From: a virus
Lineage: Duplodnaviria; Caudoviricetes
Strand: one strand, 5' to 3'
Virus record (IMG/VR): IMGVR_UViG_2654587505_000001
Location: 32,001-96,000 of that record
DNA: 64,000 bases
Shown here in pieces: positions 59,126 through 64,000 of the stretch. The position numbers and the translations under genes are program-made. The notes beneath the pieces are model-generated. The model had not been told where the DNA came from. It did not search any database and saw only the letters and a program-made list of their open reading frames with translations. The first letter of the stretch is position 1. Every line of letters begins with the position of its first letter.

Positions 59126-60520
59126 GTGTATAACATGTCGGAAACAAAAGAATTAAATGTGGTTGAGTTTTTAACTAACTCCTTTGAAGAAATATCAAAA
59201 GATCGTAAAGCAATGACAGAGATTGATGACTTACTGTTTACTGTTTATAAATTTCCAATTGGATTTTTTCAAGAATTAGTTGTCAATCCTGAAAAATTAG
59301 ATGAATTAGAAGAAGTGGAGTTAATTGTTTTACTCATTGCAATTAACAAAGTAATTAATTTAGAAATGTACAGTCCATATAATTATTTTAGTGAAAATAA
59401 AGTTAAAAAGTCTCTGAAATATAGATATAGCAAGCAAGAAGAACCATTGAATTTTCCACTTATTTATGAAGATATAACTGCTGGAAGCGATGTTGACTGT
59501 ATAACATATTTATCATATCAAGAAATTAAGAGGCATGTGGAACAATTGTGGACTTACAATTTTGCCACACAAAGACTTCCAGTTGAAACTGTTAAGAAAA
59601 ATGGGGAAATAACAAAAAAACCAAAATTATTTAAGAACAGCGTTAAAGAAATTGCCCAATTAATATCTGAGGGAAGATTTAAACCAGATGCTCCAATTGT
59701 TATTAATGTGATGAGAAATGGAGAAGATGAATTCTATATTGATAAAGATAATCATAGACTAATTATTGAAAAAGCCACTGAACAAAATATTGTGGATGGA
59801 TTCCATAGAATCAGTGGTGTATTAGCGGCTTTGGAAAAAGACCCAGATTTAGAAGGATATTTATATGTTACGTTTAGAAACTACACATTAGAAGAAGCGA
59901 GTGAATTTTTAGGTCAGCACAACTCATTTAATGTTTATGATAGAACACATGTGAGGTTCTTAAAAGCTCTTGAACTACCTGATAAGATTGTAAAAGATAT
60001 AGAGTCTAAATCAGATCTTCGTGGTAGAATAGCATATAAAACAGCAGTTGAACGCAAGAAAAATAAAATTACGAATTTTGCTGTCTTATCAAATGCAATT
60101 AGAGATACTTTTAACCCACAAACAGGGAAAGATCGTATTGAAGTAACATATGTCTTAGCTAGATTTTTCGATTACTTGTTAGGTAGTTATCCTGAAGCAT
60201 TTATTGGGACTAAAAACGTAGAAGAAACTTGGAAAAAATCTTGGATCAATCACCATAACACTTTCGTTTTATATGTAACACTTGCTTATGGGTTGTATAA
60301 ACATTTTGGAAAAGATTTCCCGCTTGATGAAATTACTAAAATTGTTGATAGTATTGACTTTACTAAAGAAAATGGACATCAATTCAACGATTTATTAACT
60401 GATGGTGGTACTGCACAAGGTAAAATAAATTCAGATCAGACAAAGCGTAAAATCAGACAGTTCGGAGAGAAGATAATTGCTGATATGTATGGAGCAATAA
60501 AAGAAGAAAATGTTTCATAA
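59126..60520 (+). CDS. DGQHR/DndB-ParB-like protein (SPbeta YopQ-like)
   Basis: YN..TQR and IVDGFHR motifs; 464 aa; directly upstream of the YopR-like gene. Confidence 0.7.
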   Translation: MYNMSETKELNVVEFLTNSFEEISKDRKAMTEIDDLLFTVYKFPIGFFQELVVNPEKLDELEEVELIVLLIAINKVINLEMYSPYNYFSENKVKKSLKYRYSKQEEPLNFPLIYEDITAGSDVDCITYLSYQEIKRHVEQLWTYNFATQRLPVETVKKNGEITKKPKLFKNSVKEIAQLISEGRFKPDAPIVINVMRNGEDEFYIDKDNHRLIIEKATEQNIVDGFHRISGVLAALEKDPDLEGYLYVTFRNYTLEEASEFLGQHNSFNVYDRTHVRFLKALELPDKIVKDIESKSDLRGRIAYKTAVERKKNKITNFAVLSNAIRDTFNPQTGKDRIEVTYVLARFFDYLLGSYPEAFIGTKNVEETWKKSWINHHNTFVLYVTLAYGLYKHFGKDFPLDEITKIVDSIDFTKENGHQFNDLLTDGGTAQGKINSDQTKRKIRQFGEKIIADMYGAIKEENVS

Positions 60521-60528
60521 TAAGAAAG

Positions 60529-61521
60529 GTGGATTTTACAATGTCTAATATGATATATGAAGACAAGATGTATAATGAAGAGATAAAAGAGGAATTTCTG
60601 AGTTATCTTGATAATGAAGGCTATCAAGATAACTACAGAAGATTTTTTAAAATAGCTTATCCCATAGAAAGTCAACTAAAAAAAGACTTATATGATTTTA
60701 CAAGAGATGAACTTAGAGGTTATTTTTATCGTATAATGCCCAAGACAGTTAAAGCAAGTAGAACAATCGTTTCTCATTTAAGTAACTACATTGATTGGGC
60801 GATTGAAAAAGGATATAAAAGAACTAATTTGAATCCATTGTTACTGACAGATAACGAATGGAGAGAGCAGTTCGCACAAAAGCAACTTAAATCATATTGG
60901 ACGGATGCTGAAATCAGAAAAATAGTTGAAAGTAGAGCAAATAATCAAGATGCGATTATTTTGCTTCTGCCATTCAACGGTGTTTATGGTAAGGGTGGTA
61001 GCGAGATATTAAATTTAACCTATAGAAATATTGATAAAAACAATAATCAATTAACACTACATGATTCGGATAGTGACAATTCTTGGAGAACAATAACAGT
61101 CGATGAAGATTTAATCAATGCTTGTCTTAAAGCTTATGAAGAAACGGATTATGAAGTAATGAATGGAAATCCAAGTCCTGATGCAGCAAGAAAAAGCATA
61201 GATTTGGTGGATAATGATTATATTGTTAGATTGGCTAGAACAAGAGTGAATGAAAATGCAAAAGCTGATCATAATATATTGCATAGAAGAATGAGAAAGA
61301 TAGCAGATGAAATTAACGAACCTAATTTTACGACCAAGAATATAGTGTACTCTGGTATGATTGCAATGGCAAAAAATCTTTATTTAGAAAGCGGTAAGTT
61401 AGAGCAAGAAGAGTATGAAAAAATAATGAAACAATTTAATTTTGATACCACAAAGTTGTATAGATATAAAAATGATTTTTTGAATTTAGAAACGATAAAA
61501 GAGTTATACAATTTAGCCTAG
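60529..61521 (+). CDS. Degenerate tyrosine-recombinase-fold repressor (YopR/MrpR-like)
   Basis: MYNEEIKEEFL...KDLYDFT..EL; NGVYGKGGSEILNL lacks the catalytic R; KNIVYSGM lacks HxxR; 330 aa. Confidence 0.7.
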   Translation: MDFTMSNMIYEDKMYNEEIKEEFLSYLDNEGYQDNYRRFFKIAYPIESQLKKDLYDFTRDELRGYFYRIMPKTVKASRTIVSHLSNYIDWAIEKGYKRTNLNPLLLTDNEWREQFAQKQLKSYWTDAEIRKIVESRANNQDAIILLLPFNGVYGKGGSEILNLTYRNIDKNNNQLTLHDSDSDNSWRTITVDEDLINACLKAYEETDYEVMNGNPSPDAARKSIDLVDNDYIVRLARTRVNENAKADHNILHRRMRKIADEINEPNFTTKNIVYSGMIAMAKNLYLESGKLEQEEYEKIMKQFNFDTTKLYRYKNDFLNLETIKELYNLA

Positions 61522-61538
61522 AATAATCTAGGCTTTTT
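61515..61538 (+). terminator. Terminator after the mrpR-like gene
   Basis: AGCCTAGA-ATAA-TCTAGGCT-TTTT. Confidence 0.7.
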
Positions 61539-61624
61539 ATATTTTTTAGTTATTGACTGTATAAAGTAAAATATGGTAATATGAAAATAGTTAAATGAAT
61601 AATACATATTAGGGAGATGGTTTT

Positions 61625-61840
61625 GTGAATTATGAAGTTTATGGTAGGCTTGAAGTTCATTTTAAACATTTTGTTGATGCTGATTCTCATAATGAAGCGA
61701 CTGAAAAAGTTGAAAAATTATTAAATGGTATCGCTAAATTGGATGGTGATTTATATATGAAAGATGGAAGAGAGCTACCTATAATTTCTGATCGAGTGAA
61801 AATTTTGTTGTATGATGTGACTAGGGAAGATGAATTATGA
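61625..61840 (+). CDS. Hypothetical protein
   Basis: Promoter TTGACT at 61553; RBS AGGGAG. Confidence 0.6.
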   Translation: MNYEVYGRLEVHFKHFVDADSHNEATEKVEKLLNGIAKLDGDLYMKDGRELPIISDRVKILLYDVTREDEL

Positions 61841-61992
61841 TAGTTATGAATATAAATAAAAAATGTACATACTATAAAAAAATTAAAAGGAAATTATATT
61901 GATTTTTTAGGTAAAAAATTGTTATTATTGAATTAAGAAGAAAAACGTTGAATATGATGTTAAAATGGTTATTTTATAGGAGGAATTTTTGT

Positions 61993-62178
61993 ATGGTGAA
62001 ATTTAGATTTAGTGTAAGCACTGGATATGTTGGAAGTGAGAAATCAGAAATCATTGAAATTGACGATGAGGATTTGGAAGGACGAAGTGATGAAGAAAGA
62101 GCAAAAGTGATTGACGAATATTTTAATGAATGGATTTGGGAACAACTTTATACTGGCATTGAAGAAATTGAAGAATAG
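61993..62178 (+). CDS. Small acidic hypothetical protein
   Basis: F.VSTGYVGS...E.IEIDDE; RBS AGGAGG. Confidence 0.65.
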   Translation: MVKFRFSVSTGYVGSEKSEIIEIDDEDLEGRSDEERAKVIDEYFNEWIWEQLYTGIEEIEE

Positions 62179-62223
62179 GTAAGCGAAAATAATACATTTA
62201 TTGGGAGATGAGGAGTCATTAAG

Positions 62224-62418
62224 ATGGTGCAGTGTGAAGCATTAGAAGATTTAATTTATCATGGTTGGGGTTATGATGAAGTGGTTATCGCCCAAGGTGG
62301 AATTTTTCAAGCTAAGTATTATGAAGGTGATCCGTATGTAATCGTGAATGCATCTGGTTTTAAAGATGGAGTCGAATTTGTAGGATTAGCAAAAGTAAGA
62401 ATTATTAATGAGGATTGA
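62224..62418 (+). CDS. Hypothetical protein
   Basis: RBS GAGGAG. Confidence 0.55.
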   Translation: MVQCEALEDLIYHGWGYDEVVIAQGGIFQAKYYEGDPYVIVNASGFKDGVEFVGLAKVRIINED

Positions 62419-62463
62419 CGACGCTTTGATAAAACACCTTTTATGGGGAGATGAAGAAGGTTA

Positions 62464-62778
62464 ATGGACATATGGAAAGTAGAACAAATAAATCGAGAAG
62501 ATTGGTCGGGAAAAAATAACGCTGTATCAATTAAATTAGTTGATAATGAGTATAGAGATTCTGAAGCGTATATCAAATGGGATGGGTGTATAGATTTTAG
62601 ACAATACTCGAATGGATATTCTCCAGACTCCGAGCACTCTAAAGAAAAAGCGGATAATTGTGACTACATACACATATGTGATATCGACAAAATGATTGAA
62701 AAATTACAAGCAATTAAAAAAGTCGCAGAAGAATATTTTAGCAAAGAAGATTTTGAAGCATATTGGAACACCAAATAA
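62464..62778 (+). CDS. Hypothetical protein
   Basis: Stop in boundary palindrome at 62775. Confidence 0.6.
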   Translation: MDIWKVEQINREDWSGKNNAVSIKLVDNEYRDSEAYIKWDGCIDFRQYSNGYSPDSEHSKEKADNCDYIHICDIDKMIEKLQAIKKVAEEYFSKEDFEAYWNTK

Positions 62779-62796
62779 AAAGAATAATTTTATGAG

Positions 62797-63048
62797 GTGA
62801 TGAAAGTGGCGAACCAACATGTTAAAGAGCGATTTACTCAAGTGCCCTTAGATAAATATAAGGAGTTTTTAAAAGTATTGGATGAGAAATATAATGGTTA
62901 TCGGTATGTTCCAAATGTGATGGCAGAAAGAACAGAAATTTACTATATGGACGATAAAATATATAACAACATGATTGCGGTCAGGTATATGCAAATGTAT
63001 GATGATCCTGAAACTTACTGGATAAAGAAAGAGTTAATCACAGAATAA
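62797..63048 (+). CDS. Hypothetical protein
   Basis: Stop in boundary palindrome at 63045. Confidence 0.55.
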   Translation: MMKVANQHVKERFTQVPLDKYKEFLKVLDEKYNGYRYVPNVMAERTEIYYMDDKIYNNMIAVRYMQMYDDPETYWIKKELITE

Positions 63049-63078
63049 AATAAATATTTATTAGGAGATGTTATCCAA

Positions 63079-63399
63079 ATGTATAAAGTCTGTTTTGTCG
63101 TAAATGTTTTAGATGATATGGGAGACGTTATGAAAGGATATCTTAAGGTGTTGGAGTTGCCTTTTGTTCCAACAGTAGGAATGAAATTTAAGCAAGGAAT
63201 TAGTGCGTGGATGTGGGAAACAGAACTTGGAGAAGTCGATCCTCCTATTAAAGAAGTGGTTTATAATTTGGATGAAGAAATGTTTTTTTGTCTATTTCAT
63301 ATATACGGACTATCGCTAAGGTCGAGTTTCTGGAAAGAATATAATTTAGAACAAATTGATAGGAGTTTTGAATTCTCTCAGATTAAATTAAGACATTGA
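63079..63399 (+). CDS. Hypothetical protein
   Basis: RBS AGGAG; stop in boundary palindrome. Confidence 0.6.
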   Translation: MYKVCFVVNVLDDMGDVMKGYLKVLELPFVPTVGMKFKQGISAWMWETELGEVDPPIKEVVYNLDEEMFFCLFHIYGLSLRSSFWKEYNLEQIDRSFEFSQIKLRH

Positions 63400-63435
63400 A
63401 ATAATACATTTATTGGAAATTGGGGTGAAGAAAGA

Positions 63436-63894
63436 GTGGGAATGTATTATAGTTTGAGATGCAAACTAAAATTAAAACAGGAGTTTATTCCACAAATCGA
63501 TTCATTACTAAATGATGCTGACGCTGAGTGGAGCAATATAACGGACATCGAATCAATTAAAGATTATAGCACAGATTCGCGCTCTTCTTTCATTCCATTT
63601 GGTGTGTTAGCCTATTCTCCAGACAATTGGGATGATGAGCCGTGGAGAAATGAAATTGAAGATGACATTTGGACGTTTCAATGTAGTGTGAAAACTTCAA
63701 GTACAATACGTTCGTTTTTTAAAAATGTAGTTCCAGTTATCTCCGAAAAATCATTACATATTGAATATTTTTATGAAGAAAATGATTTTGCTGATTTGTA
63801 TGAATTGAGAGATGGAGCGGTCGTTGCAACGGGAGAAAAAATAAAGTATGGATATAAAGATGAAGACCCTTGGCGACTAGTTCAAATAGAATAA
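63436..63894 (+). CDS. Hypothetical protein
   Basis: 152-aa acidic ORF. Confidence 0.6.
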   Translation: MGMYYSLRCKLKLKQEFIPQIDSLLNDADAEWSNITDIESIKDYSTDSRSSFIPFGVLAYSPDNWDDEPWRNEIEDDIWTFQCSVKTSSTIRSFFKNVVPVISEKSLHIEYFYEENDFADLYELRDGAVVATGEKIKYGYKDEDPWRLVQIE

Positions 63895-63920
63895 AACATT
63901 TATTTGGAAAAGGTGAGATC

Positions 63921-64000
63921 ATGTCAACACTAACAAGAGCTATCATTATGGCTACTGAAGCGCATGAAGGCCAAGTTGATAAAGGTGGTAATCCATACAT
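63921..64000 (+). CDS. HD-domain (RelA/SpoT hydrolase-like) protein, partial
   Basis: MSTLTRAIIMATEAHEGQVDKGGNPY matches the AH.GQ.DK.G.PY N-terminus of small HD hydrolases. Confidence 0.7.
   Translation, partial: MSTLTRAIIMATEAHEGQVDKGGNPY

Larger units (their letters stand above)
24654..63908. repeat. Dispersed gene-boundary palindrome AT(A/G)AAA-N5-7-TTT(T/C)AT (~40 copies incl. degenerate)
   Basis: Examples: 38166 ATGAAAGGGTTATTTCAT, 42020 ATAAAAGGATTCTTTCAT, 48761 ATGAAACTCGTCTTTCAT, 57593 ATAAAAAGATTCTTTTAT, 58560 ATAAAACGATGATTTTAT. Confidence 0.7.

Noticed and set aside
34106-63908. Boundary palindromes read as a CRISPR array or as intrinsic terminators
   Set aside because: They are degenerate 17-19-mers separated by whole genes, and no cas genes are present; the stems are A/T-only and too weak for typical terminators
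1-64000. tRNA, rRNA, reverse transcriptase, intron or intein
   Set aside because: None recognised by eye; tRNAscan and HMM searches were not run

Overview
A 64-kb, very AT-rich segment of a large SPbeta-like phage or prophage of a low-GC Bacillaceae host. Region 1-12.4 kb (minus strand) is the packaging/late cluster in SPbeta order: portal (yonE-like, partial), terminase (yonF), yonG-like, ClpP, yonJ phosphoesterase, yonK, PIN-PhoH, HU and the YonO-type single-subunit RNA polymerase. Region 12.6-18.5 kb (plus strand) holds an intact tyrosine recombinase, a small HTH, a RecD2 helicase and a primase-polymerase-like protein. A non-coding stretch at 18.5-19.7 kb shows a sharp G/C skew inversion and is followed by a YonT/YoyJ/SR6-like type I toxin-antitoxin locus. 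Region 20-64 kb is a long accessory/early region of mostly short co-oriented ORFs. It includes a DUF4258/MqsA-like toxin-antitoxin pair, a DarB-like methylase-helicase, an HsdR_N protein, MazF, a SprT-like protease, an IS200/IS605 element with intact TnpB, an HNH nuclease and a yopQ/yopR(mrpR)-like pair. Most notable: dozens of gene boundaries in the accessory region carry one short palindrome, AT(A/G)AAA-N5-7-TTT(T/C)AT, usually overlapping the upstream stop codon and just before the next RBS. This suggests an integron-like gene-cassette array, possibly served by the phage tyrosine recombinase. Also noted: an internal L27/Prp cleavage motif in an early protein, a polarized ATAACAG cluster, a shared palindromic operator in early promoters and an HU with a rebuilt DNA-binding arm. 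All family calls are from motif recognition by eye; no database searches were run.
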